IMG/VR virus record: IMGVR_UViG_3300002460_000003
Location: 24,042 to 88,041 of that record
From: a virus
Length of the DNA: 64,000 nt
Strand: one strand, 5' to 3'
Both the position numbers and the translations under genes were made by a program. Under the pieces are notes generated by a model. It had not been told where the DNA came from and did no database searches. It saw only the letters and a program-made list of their open reading frames with translations. This document shows, in pieces, positions 1 through 9,991 of the stretch (position 1 is its first letter; each line of letters opens with the position of its first letter).

Positions 1-44
1 ATACCGAGCGTAGGATTAGTGGTGGCTACGGTATCAATTATTCT

Positions 45-119
45 TGGTGAGTAGCTCAGAGGTAGAGCAGACGACTGTTAATCGTCCGGTCGGTGGTTCG
101 ATCCCACCCTTACCAGCCA
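45..119 (+). tRNA. tRNA-Asn(GTT)
   Basis: Acceptor TGGTGAG/CTTACCA, D-arm GCTCAGAGGTAGAGC, anticodon loop CTGTTAA, T-loop GTTCGATC, encoded CCA. Confidence 0.95.
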
Positions 120-124
120 GATTT

Positions 125-200
125 GCTGAGATACGCTAGTGGCCAAGTGGATTGCCTTGTAAGCAATAAGTCGTCAGTTCGACTCTGACTCTCAGCACCA
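125..200 (+). tRNA. tRNA-Thr(TGT)
   Basis: Acceptor GCTGAGA/TCTCAGC, anticodon arm ATTGC-CTTGTAA-GCAAT, T-arm GTCAG-TTCGACT-CTGAC, encoded CCA. Confidence 0.9.
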
Positions 201-279
201 CATAAACATCCCATTGTTAATACATGATGGTGAGTGTTATGAAAGAAAAATAATAAAGGAGATTGGCTAGAGCCAACTT

Positions 280-1122
280 ATGTCAATATCCGTAGTCAAT
301 CTCCCCAGCCTAACAGAGTATGTAAACTTAGTTTCACTCTCTGGTTTAGATGAAGATGAAAGTTTAATTCTAAGAAACAACACGTCTACTACAGCCTTTA
401 TTATTCAAGCTGTATCTAAGCCAAGTGATAGTGCTGTAGGTTATCCTATCCTCCCCGGCGAAACTCTTTTAGTACATACCAACTTCACTCCTGTTTGGAT
501 TAAGGGTGGTACTGGCCCTTTCATTGTACAAGAGCTTACCAGTACTATCACACCCTTCACAGGTGTTGATCTTCCTGAGTCTGTCTACTCAAGTACAACA
601 GAAGCCCTTAGACGTGTCAAGGTTAGCTCAGAACCCTCTGTTGCAGCAGGTGTTCTGCATGGACTAACTTACGCTATCAGCGGTTCGTTCTCTGTAGCTG
701 CTGGTGATTTTATAGCAATGAATATCAGCCCAGCTTCTGATATCTTAGTTCACAAGATTACAACTAATCAAAATCTTGTATTCGATGTATATAATCAGCA
801 TGTTACAGGGACAGCAGATGGTATCTTCACAGCTAAGAACCTAAACCTTATTTCTGAGGATATCAGTCCAGCACAAGGGCAGTTATATACACCAGCAACA
901 CCTGTTGGTGATATTATCTTCTCAGGTATCTCTGAAGACAATCCTTATATCATTGCTAGCTTCCTGAAGAAGCCTTCTGTAGTTGTAAAGAATACTACTG
1001 GCGGAATAGCTACTATAAAAATAACAATTATATTCGAAGAGTTTGGTCCGAGGGAGGCATCATTCGGTTTGACAGCTTCAACCTTACTACTCTCAAATAC
1101 GGAGATGAGCACCTTTGGCTAG
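280..1122 (+). CDS. hypothetical protein, possibly virion-associated
   Basis: 280-aa ORF, Ser/Thr-rich with beta-strand-like composition; overlaps the next gene. Confidence 0.6.
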   Translation: MSISVVNLPSLTEYVNLVSLSGLDEDESLILRNNTSTTAFIIQAVSKPSDSAVGYPILPGETLLVHTNFTPVWIKGGTGPFIVQELTSTITPFTGVDLPESVYSSTTEALRRVKVSSEPSVAAGVLHGLTYAISGSFSVAAGDFIAMNISPASDILVHKITTNQNLVFDVYNQHVTGTADGIFTAKNLNLISEDISPAQGQLYTPATPVGDIIFSGISEDNPYIIASFLKKPSVVVKNTTGGIATIKITIIFEEFGPREASFGLTASTLLLSNTEMSTFG

Positions 1123-1693
1123 ACAAATAATTCCTAATAGTGGCCTTTGGTCATCTATTGCAGCTATCATTAACGCTAACGATGCTGAGCTTTATAATGA
1201 AGTGAAGGTTGGTGTTTATGATTACAATGACTTGGCTACAGCTACTACGCCAATTAGTATTGCAGTGGCTGGTACATATTATCCACTAACTAATGATGCT
1301 CTTGGTGCATTCACTAATCTCACTTATGCATTACCGGGTGTTCCTAATTTGTGGGATACTATTACTCAGTCATTTGATTTCACTGACCTAGCATTGGGTG
1401 ACACTGTAGATATTCGTTTGGATATCACTGTTACAAGTTCAGCTAACAACCAAGACTTCACTGTCACATTATTCCTTGCAGATGGTACAGGTGGTCAATA
1501 CGAACTACCATTAATCTCAGAGCGAAACTTCAAAGTAGCTGGCACAAGACAGCTTGTAGAGTTCACTGGTATTTATATGGGTGACACTAATACTTTGAAT
1601 AATCCTGCTAGATTTAAGATTAAGTCTTCTAACACAGGTAGTGTTATAGTCAATGGTTGGTATGTTCGTGCAATTAAACGGGTATTAGCTTAA
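1115..1693 (+). CDS. hypothetical protein, possibly virion-associated beta-sandwich
   Basis: 192-aa ORF, GGAG upstream, TTG start. Confidence 0.6.
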   Translation: MARQIIPNSGLWSSIAAIINANDAELYNEVKVGVYDYNDLATATTPISIAVAGTYYPLTNDALGAFTNLTYALPGVPNLWDTITQSFDFTDLALGDTVDIRLDITVTSSANNQDFTVTLFLADGTGGQYELPLISERNFKVAGTRQLVEFTGIYMGDTNTLNNPARFKIKSSNTGSVIVNGWYVRAIKRVLA

Positions 1694-1710
1694 TTATTTT
1701 GTTATAGCTA

Positions 1711-1739
1711 TTGCTTTTAGAGAATTAAGTTGTTATAAT
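1711..1739 (+). promoter_or_regulatory. sigma70-type promoter upstream of terminase
   Basis: TTGCTT-17-TATAAT with TGn extended -10. Confidence 0.6.
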
Positions 1740-1777
1740 TAATAATCTGAGATAGAGAATAACAAATGGAATAAACA

Positions 1778-3462
1778 ATGAGTGATTTTAGTTTCTCACC
1801 AGCGTCTAAGAAACAAGAATGGTTCTTATCAAGTGACGCTAATATTATTGTATATGGTGGTAAATTTGTGCCTCCATTTAAAACTCTCTTAAACGGGGAA
1901 AGCTAAGGGTAGATTACTACCTATGCCAATCCCGTGCCAATGTTTAAAGACAGTGCGTAGAGGCCATCGAAAACACACAGCAATGTGGAAGTGAGTAGAG
2001 TAGGGGTCAAGTGACTCCCGAAACAGAGAGAATTCTTTGAATTAAGAGTTGGTCCGACAACACCTGAAAGGGTGGAAGAAGTTTAACGAACTTCAAAACT
2101 GATAAGGCAATGGGTGGTGGTAAGTCATATTGCGGCTTACTTCGCCATTTACGTTGGGTAGATGATCCACAATATCGTGGTTATGTAGTCCGTAAACAGC
2201 AAACAAGTATTATGGTTGCTGGTGGACTTTTTGACGAAGCTTATGGGTTATATAAAGCTTACGATCCAAATGTAAAACCAAATAAAAAAGCCATGACATT
2301 TACCTTCTCTTCCGGTGCGGTTGTGGCTATGGGTCACTGTGAAACCAATGAGGATGCTGAGAAATGGCGTGGTAGACAAGTATCGGCGTGCATGATCGAC
2401 GAGGCCACACAGCTTCTAGAAGACCATGTTTTGGTTATTCTTTCTCGCCTACGATCTAAAGCAAAAATGGTTCCAAACCTTTTCTTAACTTGCAACCCGA
2501 ACCCGGACAGTTTTGTTCGTCGTTGGATTGACTGGTGGATTATCCCTAAAGGTCAAGAGAATGCAGGAAGACCTGATCCAGAGCGTGATGGTAAGGTAAG
2601 ATGGTTTATTCGTCAAAATAACGAAATGATTTGGGCAGACACAAGGCAAGAGTTACTTGATACTTACGGAAGTCATGTACTCCCCCTCTCCTTACAATTC
2701 ATCTCAGCAACAATCTACGATAACCCACCACTAATTAAATCCAACCCTGGATATCTTGCAAACCTTCAAGGTCTTAAACGTGTAAAACAAGAACGCGACC
2801 TTTACGGAAACTGGGATATTCGTGAAGATGCTTCTGGTTATTGGAAAGCCGAATGGCTTGGTGAACCAGTTAATCCATGTGATTTAGAAATTGTTTCTTA
2901 CTGTAGAGCATGGGATATCGCTGGCTCGATCCCATCCGAATCCCTGCCAAATCCTGACTGGACTGCTGGAGTTTTAATAGGTAAAACAAAGACAGGGTTA
3001 TATGTCATCGAAGATGTTGTGAGATTCAGAGCAAGGTTTGGTGAAGTCTTACAGAGAATTATTGTTACCGCTAAATCTGATCCCGATGGTACTCAAATCA
3101 TACTCCCCCAGGAGCCTGGACAAGCAGGAAAAGCTGCTGGTCAAATGATGATTAAAGAGCTTATTGAGGAAGGGTTCTACGCAAGAATGCGCCCATCTAA
3201 TAAATCTAAAGTCATTCGTTTCCAACCTTTCGCAGCAGCAACAGAGGCTGGGTTAGTTAGATACGTGGCTGGTACTTGGAATGATGAGTATTTCTTTGAG
3301 CTAGAAGCATTCACTGGTGACAGAAAGAATAAGGATGACCAAGTGGACGCATCGTCTGATGCCTTCATAACACTGGCTCAGAAAATGAATATACCAAACT
3401 TCCTCACAGGATTAAAATCAGCCGATTCTATCCTAACAACTACTAACCCATTTGCCCGATAG
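1778..3462 (+). CDS. terL: terminase large subunit, spliced: join(1778..1861,2107..3462), 479 aa
   Basis: Exon 1 MSDFSFSPASKKQEWFLSSDANIIVYGG joined to exon 2 AMGGGKS restores the Walker A motif; Walker B CMIDEA; TCNP coupling motif; nuclease motifs AWDIA and DDQVD. Confidence 0.93.
1862..2106 (+). ncRNA. group I self-splicing intron without homing endonuclease ORF
   Basis: Exon ends in U, intron ends in G; P1/IGS GCCTCCAT pairs with exon ATGGTGGT giving a U-G splice pair; P3 CTCTCT/AGAGAG; Q AATCCCGTGC; R GTAGAGGCCA; S AAGAGTTGGTCC; P8 and P9 hairpins. Confidence 0.9.
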
Positions 3463-3470
3463 GAGGCTAT

Positions 3471-4958
3471 ATGGCTGAAACAGCCGTTGAGAGTGTTACT
3501 ACACTTTCCCAAGGCGCAGACTCAACTATACCTCGGCTTAAACTAGGGCAATCAAGTTACAACGGTCTTTGGACTCTCGGTGGTAACATCTTTGAAGAGT
3601 GCAATTCAGAACTACGTTGGCCCCGAGCAATTCATACTTATAAGAAGATGGCTAAAGATGCCACCATTGCTCCTGCTCTCAACTTAGTTGAAATGGCAAT
3701 TGCTCGTGTCCCTTGGAGCATTAAGATTCCAGAGGGTTATGAAGATCAGCTAAAAGATAAAGCTGTATTCCTTGAGCAAGTCATGGGTGATATGGAGGAT
3801 AGTTTTGGATCATTCATCAGACGTGCTGCTACATTCAATCGTTATGGCTTTGCTCCTATTGAAAAGGTGTATCGCAAGCGTTTAAAGGGTAATGGTAGTA
3901 AGTATGACGATGGGTTGATTGGTATTGAAAGTCTCCCTCTAATTGCACAGGATACTGTAGCCAGTTGGGATTGGGAAAAGAAAGGTCGTAAGTTATCAGG
4001 TCTTTGGCAATTCATTGTTGAACCATCAGGTAAGAGTAACGCTACGCTAGTAAATACGAATAGTGAAGAATTCATTCGTCGTAAGAAGTTTATGTTGTTT
4101 CGCAACAACCCTCTGAAAGATAACCCTGAAGGTGAGTCACCTCTTAAAGCCTGTTGGGCTGCTTGGAAGTATAAGACTTCTTTAGAAGAGTTTGAAGCAA
4201 TGGGTGTGTCAAGTGATATGCGAGGACTTAAAGTTCTTTATATCCCGCCACGCTACATGGCAGAGGATGCTAGTCCTGAAGATAAGGCTGTGTATGATTA
4301 TTATAAAAATATCATGCGGAACCTGCATATGAATGAACAGAGTGGTTTGATTCTTCCTCAAGTCCTAGATGACCAAGGTGAACAATACTTTAAGTTTGAT
4401 GTTATCTCTGTTACTGGTCAAAAGGCTCATGATGTAAACAAGATTATTGGTCGTTATAAGAATGAGATTATTTCTTCTCTTATGGCTTCTCAGCTTGTAC
4501 TAGGTCAAGAAGGTGGTGGTTCATTCAGTCTTGCTGAGTCCCTACAGGGTATCTCAGATATGGCTATTGAGTCAAAGTTGATTGAGATTCAAGACCAACT
4601 CAACCATGACCTTATTCCTCAGTTGTTTGCTCTTAATGGTTGGGATACATCAGTCACTCCTCATTTCACCTTTGGTGATCTTAAGACTCCAGACCTCGAT
4701 GTTCTATCTAAGTTTATTCAACGTGTTGGTGCGGCAGGAATGCTGAGTCAAGACCCACGTACAATTAACTGGATTGCTGAACAGGCGAACATGCCAGTTC
4801 CTTTTGATGACACTTCAATGGATATTGATGAAGGGCGTAAGCAACTGACAGGCTTCTCATCTAATGCTGGTGAAGGTATGCAGGAAGGTATGCCATCTGG
4901 AACAGGTAGTGCTACAGGCGGTGGTGATCAATCAACTGGCAACTCGGAGAACACATAA
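3471..4958 (+). CDS. portal protein
   Basis: 495 aa directly after terL; DUF935-like motifs (NPEGESPL, GGGSFSLAE, LIPQLFALNG). Confidence 0.88.
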   Translation: MAETAVESVTTLSQGADSTIPRLKLGQSSYNGLWTLGGNIFEECNSELRWPRAIHTYKKMAKDATIAPALNLVEMAIARVPWSIKIPEGYEDQLKDKAVFLEQVMGDMEDSFGSFIRRAATFNRYGFAPIEKVYRKRLKGNGSKYDDGLIGIESLPLIAQDTVASWDWEKKGRKLSGLWQFIVEPSGKSNATLVNTNSEEFIRRKKFMLFRNNPLKDNPEGESPLKACWAAWKYKTSLEEFEAMGVSSDMRGLKVLYIPPRYMAEDASPEDKAVYDYYKNIMRNLHMNEQSGLILPQVLDDQGEQYFKFDVISVTGQKAHDVNKIIGRYKNEIISSLMASQLVLGQEGGGSFSLAESLQGISDMAIESKLIEIQDQLNHDLIPQLFALNGWDTSVTPHFTFGDLKTPDLDVLSKFIQRVGAAGMLSQDPRTINWIAEQANMPVPFDDTSMDIDEGRKQLTGFSSNAGEGMQEGMPSGTGSATGGGDQSTGNSENT

Positions 4959-5590
4959 TGCCGTGGACGAAGAGTAAATTGCCGAACGCAGCAAAGAATC
5001 TCACAGACAAACAAAAAGAGATATTTGTAGCAGTGGCTAATAGCGTTCTAAAAGATACTGGGGATGAGGGGCAAGCAATTGCCTCTGGTCTTGCAGCAGC
5101 GAAAAAGGAAAAGGGTATGAAGAAAAGTTTCGCTGAATCTTTAGGCGAACTCATTGAGAAACATTTTGGTGGTAGTGAACAAGAAGCTGAAGCAGTTGAG
5201 CAAGTAACCAAGTCTGTTAATGAGGAGCAACGTTTAGCTCTATTCATTGTACTAGAACCACAAGATGGTGGCGATACTACTACAGACCTACATGGTGATA
5301 CTTACACTGTAGAAGAAGTTGAGAAAGCTTGTCATAACTTCAATCAACATTGCATGAAAGCTAATCTATTCCACAAAGTTGAAACAGAAGAAGCTAAGAT
5401 TGTTGAGAGTTATGTAGCCCCTGTTGATTTTGTTCTCGACGATAAAACAATTAAAAAAGGCACTTGGTTGCAAAGTTGGTACTTCCCAGAAACAGAAGTA
5501 GGTGAACTCCTATGGAAATCTGTTAAAGATGGGACTGTCAATGGAGTTTCAATCCAAGGTCGAGCCACTACGGAGAGATTGGATGACTAA
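4958..5590 (+). CDS. XkdF-like putative prohead protease with N-terminal ChaB-like domain
   Basis: DLHGD, IVESY, IKKGTW and GVSIQG motifs; N-terminus MPWTKSKLP...GDEGQAIA resembles ChaB; position after portal. Confidence 0.7.
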   Translation: MPWTKSKLPNAAKNLTDKQKEIFVAVANSVLKDTGDEGQAIASGLAAAKKEKGMKKSFAESLGELIEKHFGGSEQEAEAVEQVTKSVNEEQRLALFIVLEPQDGGDTTTDLHGDTYTVEEVEKACHNFNQHCMKANLFHKVETEEAKIVESYVAPVDFVLDDKTIKKGTWLQSWYFPETEVGELLWKSVKDGTVNGVSIQGRATTERLDD

Positions 5591-6566
5591 AGCTATTAAG
5601 GCAACACGAAAGTTGTCTAACTTTAACTTTGATTTTGAAGGTGCTGCTGTTGCCCTTGTTGGTCCCGCTGTAGGGGGAAGTGCAAATGGCCACACAACTT
5701 TACTAACCAAAAGCTTAGAGGGTATCACTGAAGAACAAGTAGATAAAGCTACAGAAGTACAAGTCACAATGAATATTGTTGATTTTCTCTGTAAGTTCTA
5801 CCATCTCTGGTATGAAGATGCCATTGTTCTAGCTACTGCTTTTGGATATGACGTTGGTGATGCAGGTTATTCTTTTGATGAATCTGCTTCTGAATATGAT
5901 GAATATATCCAAGAGAAAGTTGATGCTATCCAAGTAATGAAGTCATTGGTTCTTGATAAAGAGATTGATGACATTAAGAAAGCTGTTGCTGAGTTGTCAG
6001 CAGAAGATTACTTACTCATTCTTAAAGCACAAGAACAATTTGAAAAGAACTTTGAAGCTGCAACCCTAAAAGTTGAAGCTATCAAGAAGTCCTCTGGCAT
6101 TCCAGCCAAGGGCGTTAGTGTATCGGAAGATACAAAGTCTCCCTCCGTGGAAATTCAAAAACAAGAAGAGGACTCTATGTCTGAGTTTATTACAAAAGCT
6201 GCACACGAAGAAGCAGTGAGCAAGGCAATCGAAGTTGCCCTTGCCCCTGTACAAGAAGAACTAAAGAAAGCCAAGGAACAACTTGAAGTAGTTGAACTTG
6301 CTAAATTAGAAGCTGTAGCAAAAGCGCGTAAAGCTGCAATTGCTGAAGTAGAGAAAGATGAAGCAGCCGCTGAAGCACTCTACAAATCCCTTGAAGCTGT
6401 CTCCGATGAAAGCTTTGAAGTGATCGTTAAATCACTCAAAGCCAAAGAAGAAAAGCTAGAAGATTCCGACCTCTTCAAACAGAAGAGCAAGAATACCGAA
6501 GTTGAAGAGCCTGTTGCAGAGAACGCTACTTCTGCAATTCTTAAAGCAAAATATCAAAATCAATAA
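5583..6566 (+). CDS. scaffold / head assembly protein
   Basis: Start MTKAIK after GGAG; acidic Ala/Glu/Lys-rich coiled-coil C-terminal half; lies before the capsid genes. Confidence 0.7.
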   Translation: MTKAIKATRKLSNFNFDFEGAAVALVGPAVGGSANGHTTLLTKSLEGITEEQVDKATEVQVTMNIVDFLCKFYHLWYEDAIVLATAFGYDVGDAGYSFDESASEYDEYIQEKVDAIQVMKSLVLDKEIDDIKKAVAELSAEDYLLILKAQEQFEKNFEAATLKVEAIKKSSGIPAKGVSVSEDTKSPSVEIQKQEEDSMSEFITKAAHEEAVSKAIEVALAPVQEELKKAKEQLEVVELAKLEAVAKARKAAIAEVEKDEAAAEALYKSLEAVSDESFEVIVKSLKAKEEKLEDSDLFKQKSKNTEVEEPVAENATSAILKAKYQNQ

Positions 6567-6584
6567 TATCTCGGAGATATAAAT

Positions 6585-6983
6585 ATGCCCACTATTGCTA
6601 CTGACACTTTCCGTCTGAGCCACCTTGTAAAGAAAGAACTATGGCCAGAAAAAGGCTTCTGCCGTTTGGAAGTCACCGTAAACGAAGCCACTGCTAAAAC
6701 TTATGCTGTTGGTACTGTTCTAGGTAAAGTTACCGCTGACGGTAAGTACAAAATTGCCGTACAGACTGCCGTTGATGGTAGTGCTGTTGCCGCTGCAATC
6801 GTACTTGACGACCATTCCATTGCTGCCACCACCGACACTAAGATTGTCGTTCTTGTTAAAGGCCCAGCAGAAGTATCTAAGGGTGCGTTGGTACTCGATG
6901 CTACTTATGACCTCGATGCAGAAAAAGATGTTGTATATGCATCTCTAGAAGCCCTAAACATTAACGTCGCACCAACAGTATAA
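6585..6983 (+). CDS. head decoration protein
   Basis: 132 aa, GTVLGKVTADGKY...DGS motif, directly upstream of the major capsid gene. Confidence 0.8.
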   Translation: MPTIATDTFRLSHLVKKELWPEKGFCRLEVTVNEATAKTYAVGTVLGKVTADGKYKIAVQTAVDGSAVAAAIVLDDHSIAATTDTKIVVLVKGPAEVSKGALVLDATYDLDAEKDVVYASLEALNINVAPTV

Positions 6984-6997
6984 GGATTAAATAGAAT

Positions 6998-8026
6998 ATG
7001 GCTATTATTCGTAGTTTTGACAACCCGTTTGAACTAGTAGACTGGACCCAAGACCTCTTGGTCGTCCCCAACCTCTACGGTAAGATTCAAAACATGGGTC
7101 TGTTCGATGTTGAAAGTGTTTCACAGAACACCGTAACCTTCGAGAAAATCAACCAGTCTCTGGGTCTTGTTGGCGACCGTCCTCGTGGCGTCCGTAACAA
7201 CGTTTCCCAAGATTACCTTCGTGAACTGAAGAGCTATCCTGTTCCTCACTTCCCACTAGACGATGCTATCAAGCCTGAAGATATTCAGGGTAAAGCAGCC
7301 TACGGTGGTAGCGGTACTGGTCAACCAGAAGTTCTAGATATGGTTCGTGCCCGCAAGATTGAACGTATTCGTCGTTCACATGCACAAACCCTAGAAGTTG
7401 CTCGTGCTCAGATGCTAACTGCTGGTACTGTGTATGCTCCTAATGGTACTGTTGTTGTTGACGTTTACTCTGACTTCGGCATTACCCGTAAAGAAGTTGA
7501 CTTCGTACTCGGCACTGGCACCACTGAAGTTATCCTAAAGGGTGAGGAAGTAATTGCTCACATCCAAGATAACCTATTCACTGGTGACATCGTTACTGAA
7601 GTTGTGGCTCTTTGCCACCCAACCTTCTTCAACAAGCTGATCACCCAAGCTAACGTTAAGACTGCTTACCAGTATTACACTAGCACCCAAGAGCCTCTGC
7701 GTAACCGTCTGGGCACTGGTCTGGATCGTGAGTTTGTTTACGGTGGCATCCGTTATGTTGAGTATCGTGGTTATGCTCCAGATGGCGTTACCCCGCTAAT
7801 CACCGCTGGCGAAGCTCGTGCTTTCCCAATGGGTACTACTGATGTGTTCAAAACTTACTTTGGCCCAGCCAACCGTTTTGAATTCAGCAACACCCTAGGT
7901 CTAGAAGCATATATGTTTGAAGAACGTAATCCTTCAGATACTGAAATCACCCTTCAGTCTGAGTCTAACTTCATCAACCTGATGCGTCGTCCTCAAGTAG
8001 TAGTTCGTATGTTCAGCTCCAACTAA
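6998..8026 (+). CDS. major capsid protein (Phage_cap_E-like)
   Basis: 342 aa, strongly biased codon usage, ends ESNFINLMRRPQVVV, followed by a terminator. Confidence 0.9.
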   Translation: MAIIRSFDNPFELVDWTQDLLVVPNLYGKIQNMGLFDVESVSQNTVTFEKINQSLGLVGDRPRGVRNNVSQDYLRELKSYPVPHFPLDDAIKPEDIQGKAAYGGSGTGQPEVLDMVRARKIERIRRSHAQTLEVARAQMLTAGTVYAPNGTVVVDVYSDFGITRKEVDFVLGTGTTEVILKGEEVIAHIQDNLFTGDIVTEVVALCHPTFFNKLITQANVKTAYQYYTSTQEPLRNRLGTGLDREFVYGGIRYVEYRGYAPDGVTPLITAGEARAFPMGTTDVFKTYFGPANRFEFSNTLGLEAYMFEERNPSDTEITLQSESNFINLMRRPQVVVRMFSSN

Positions 8027-8045
8027 TAGTGGAGTCTATAGTGCT

Positions 8046-8070
8046 GGGGTCGAAAGACCCCTTGCATTTC
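8046..8070 (+). terminator. hairpin terminator after capsid gene
   Basis: GGGGTC-GAAA-GACCCC followed by a weak T-rich tail. Confidence 0.6.
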
Positions 8071-8087
8071 CACTTTAAGGAGTTTTT

Positions 8088-8528
8088 ATGGCACTAACAC
8101 CCGTACAAACAGTAAGACTTCTTATTGGTGATACACCAACATCCCCATTCTATCAACTGTTCTCTGATGAAGAGATTCAACAGTTCCTAGATTTGAATGG
8201 ACAGAATATTATGCAAGCTGCTCGTTTGGCAGCTATCGCAGCAAGTATGCAATTAGCTGGTTACTCTTCAAGAGAGCGTACCGGAGATATTGAAGTCTGG
8301 TCTAACCTATCTACAGCATACTTAAAAGCACTAGAAAACTTCATTAATGACAGTAGTAGTGCAAACCTTCCTAATGGTTTGATGCCTTATGCATCTGGTA
8401 TTAGTTGGGCAGATTTCAACGCTAACAATGATAATCCAGATAATATTAGAAGCCCCCTTACACAAGTTAAGATTTGTGATACAGACTGGTGGAATGATAG
8501 TGATCCGTTCAACCTAACTACATTGTAA
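8088..8528 (+). CDS. head-tail adaptor
   Basis: VRLLIGD...FSDEEI motif; position after capsid gene; AAGGAG RBS. Confidence 0.7.
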   Translation: MALTPVQTVRLLIGDTPTSPFYQLFSDEEIQQFLDLNGQNIMQAARLAAIAASMQLAGYSSRERTGDIEVWSNLSTAYLKALENFINDSSSANLPNGLMPYASGISWADFNANNDNPDNIRSPLTQVKICDTDWWNDSDPFNLTTL

Positions 8529-8538
8529 GGAGTAAGTT

Positions 8539-8907
8539 ATGTTAAAACCTACTTTCTTACTAACCAAAAGTATAGAACTAACTGTCTATAGAAAGACACA
8601 GGGTAGTTATGTAAATGGTGATTGGGTTGAGGGAGCTGAAGCTGAGATTATTAGAACAGTTAATATCCAACCACTAAAACCAAATGAAATACTTATGCTA
8701 CCAGAAGCTGAAAGAACACGGCAATGGTGGAAAGTATACTCAGATGAAGACCTTCGTACAGATAAAGAAGGTGCTAGTGGTTACTCTGCTGATGAGTTTA
8801 TTTATCAGGGAGAGCGCTACAAGGTTATGAAAGTTAGTAACTATGAGATGGGTATTTTAAATCATCACAAGGCTCTAGCTACAAGAATTGAGTTAACTCC
8901 AAACTGA
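8539..8907 (+). CDS. head closure / head-tail joining protein
   Basis: 122 aa, GSYVNGDW and LPEAER motifs; synteny. Confidence 0.65.
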   Translation: MLKPTFLLTKSIELTVYRKTQGSYVNGDWVEGAEAEIIRTVNIQPLKPNEILMLPEAERTRQWWKVYSDEDLRTDKEGASGYSADEFIYQGERYKVMKVSNYEMGILNHHKALATRIELTPN

Positions 8908-8914
8908 GGTGTAT

Positions 8915-9409
8915 ATGGCTTTAGTTGATAAAGGGGGTTATCTAGTTGATGATGCTGTCTGGAAGAAGATGAGAAAGAACCTCGAAAGGGGTAATCATCT
9001 GGCAGCTAAGATTGGTTTCTTTCAAGATTCTACGTATGGTCCTGAGAACGACAACCTAACAGTTGCACAGGTTGCTCAGTGGCAAGAAGAGGGTAACGAT
9101 AAAATTCCAATGCGTCCATTCATCCGAAGTGGGTTTATGGAGAAGGTTCAACAAGAGAAGTGGATAACTCCTCAAGTGCTTGGTTGGATTGATGATATTG
9201 CAATGGGCAAGTCAACGTGGACTGCCATGTATAACAAATTAGGCCCAGTCTTTGTAAAGATGATGCAAGATGAGATTAGAGACTGGAAGATACCAATGAA
9301 CGCCCCACTCACTGTACAACTTAAGGGGTTCAACGATCCTCTTATTGATACAGGTAAGATGTTAGATAGTGTTGATTATCTATTAGGTCGTAAGTCTGGA
9401 GGACAGTAG
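8915..9409 (+). CDS. neck / tail completion protein
   Basis: IPMRPFIR and KGFNDPLIDTG motifs; GAGGT RBS. Confidence 0.7.
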   Translation: MALVDKGGYLVDDAVWKKMRKNLERGNHLAAKIGFFQDSTYGPENDNLTVAQVAQWQEEGNDKIPMRPFIRSGFMEKVQQEKWITPQVLGWIDDIAMGKSTWTAMYNKLGPVFVKMMQDEIRDWKIPMNAPLTVQLKGFNDPLIDTGKMLDSVDYLLGRKSGGQ

Positions 9410-9960
9410 TGTCTATATACTCAGATGTAAGAACTGCTGTTAGGTCAGGAGTATTAAAGGTCTTTGAAGGTAATGTCCCAGCAGTCGAGGTTATCTACTC
9501 ACACCTTAACGGTAATGAACCAGCTAATCCTTACGTTGTAGTTCAGATTGTAAATGTACAACAAAAGGGTAGAGTCCAGACAGCTACATTCACCGATGAT
9601 GGTGATGAATTTGGATTAAATAAGAACCTCTGGTTTAAGACCCATTATGAAGTCATGGTTCAGTTTAGCTTTTGTGGATCAACTGCTGGTGACTTAGCTT
9701 TTGAATTTAATAATGCAATCCTAAACAATATAGTGATAATAGAAGAATTCCAAAAAAGTAAACTATCACCTATTAGGAAAAGTCTTCTAAGACGAGCACC
9801 AATGCTACGTGACACACAGTGGATTGAATATCAAAACATGGATGTGACATTTAGTTATGCCGTACAAACCATTCAGCCGATTGATTGGGTGGAAAAGGTT
9901 GTATTGGTTGATGAAGTATCTGGTGAGATTTTCACCATCCCTGAAACACCTATTCCATAA
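9409..9960 (+). CDS. tail terminator / neck protein
   Basis: 183 aa, GTG start after GGAGG, directly before sheath. Confidence 0.6.
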   Translation: MSIYSDVRTAVRSGVLKVFEGNVPAVEVIYSHLNGNEPANPYVVVQIVNVQQKGRVQTATFTDDGDEFGLNKNLWFKTHYEVMVQFSFCGSTAGDLAFEFNNAILNNIVIIEEFQKSKLSPIRKSLLRRAPMLRDTQWIEYQNMDVTFSYAVQTIQPIDWVEKVVLVDEVSGEIFTIPETPIP

Positions 9961-9991
9961 ACAAAATAAGCTAATAAAAGAGGATACTCAA

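Noticed and set aside
1-36. ATACCG...CGGTATCA stem at the window edge as a tRNA
   Set aside because: No T-loop or anticodon arm visible and truncated by the window edge; cannot be called
2110-3462. ORF-track start of terminase at MGGGKS
   Set aside because: No RBS and it starts inside the Walker A motif; explained by the intron
9857-9991. N-terminal extension of the sheath ORF
   Set aside because: Overlaps the upstream gene; the RBS supports TTG 9992
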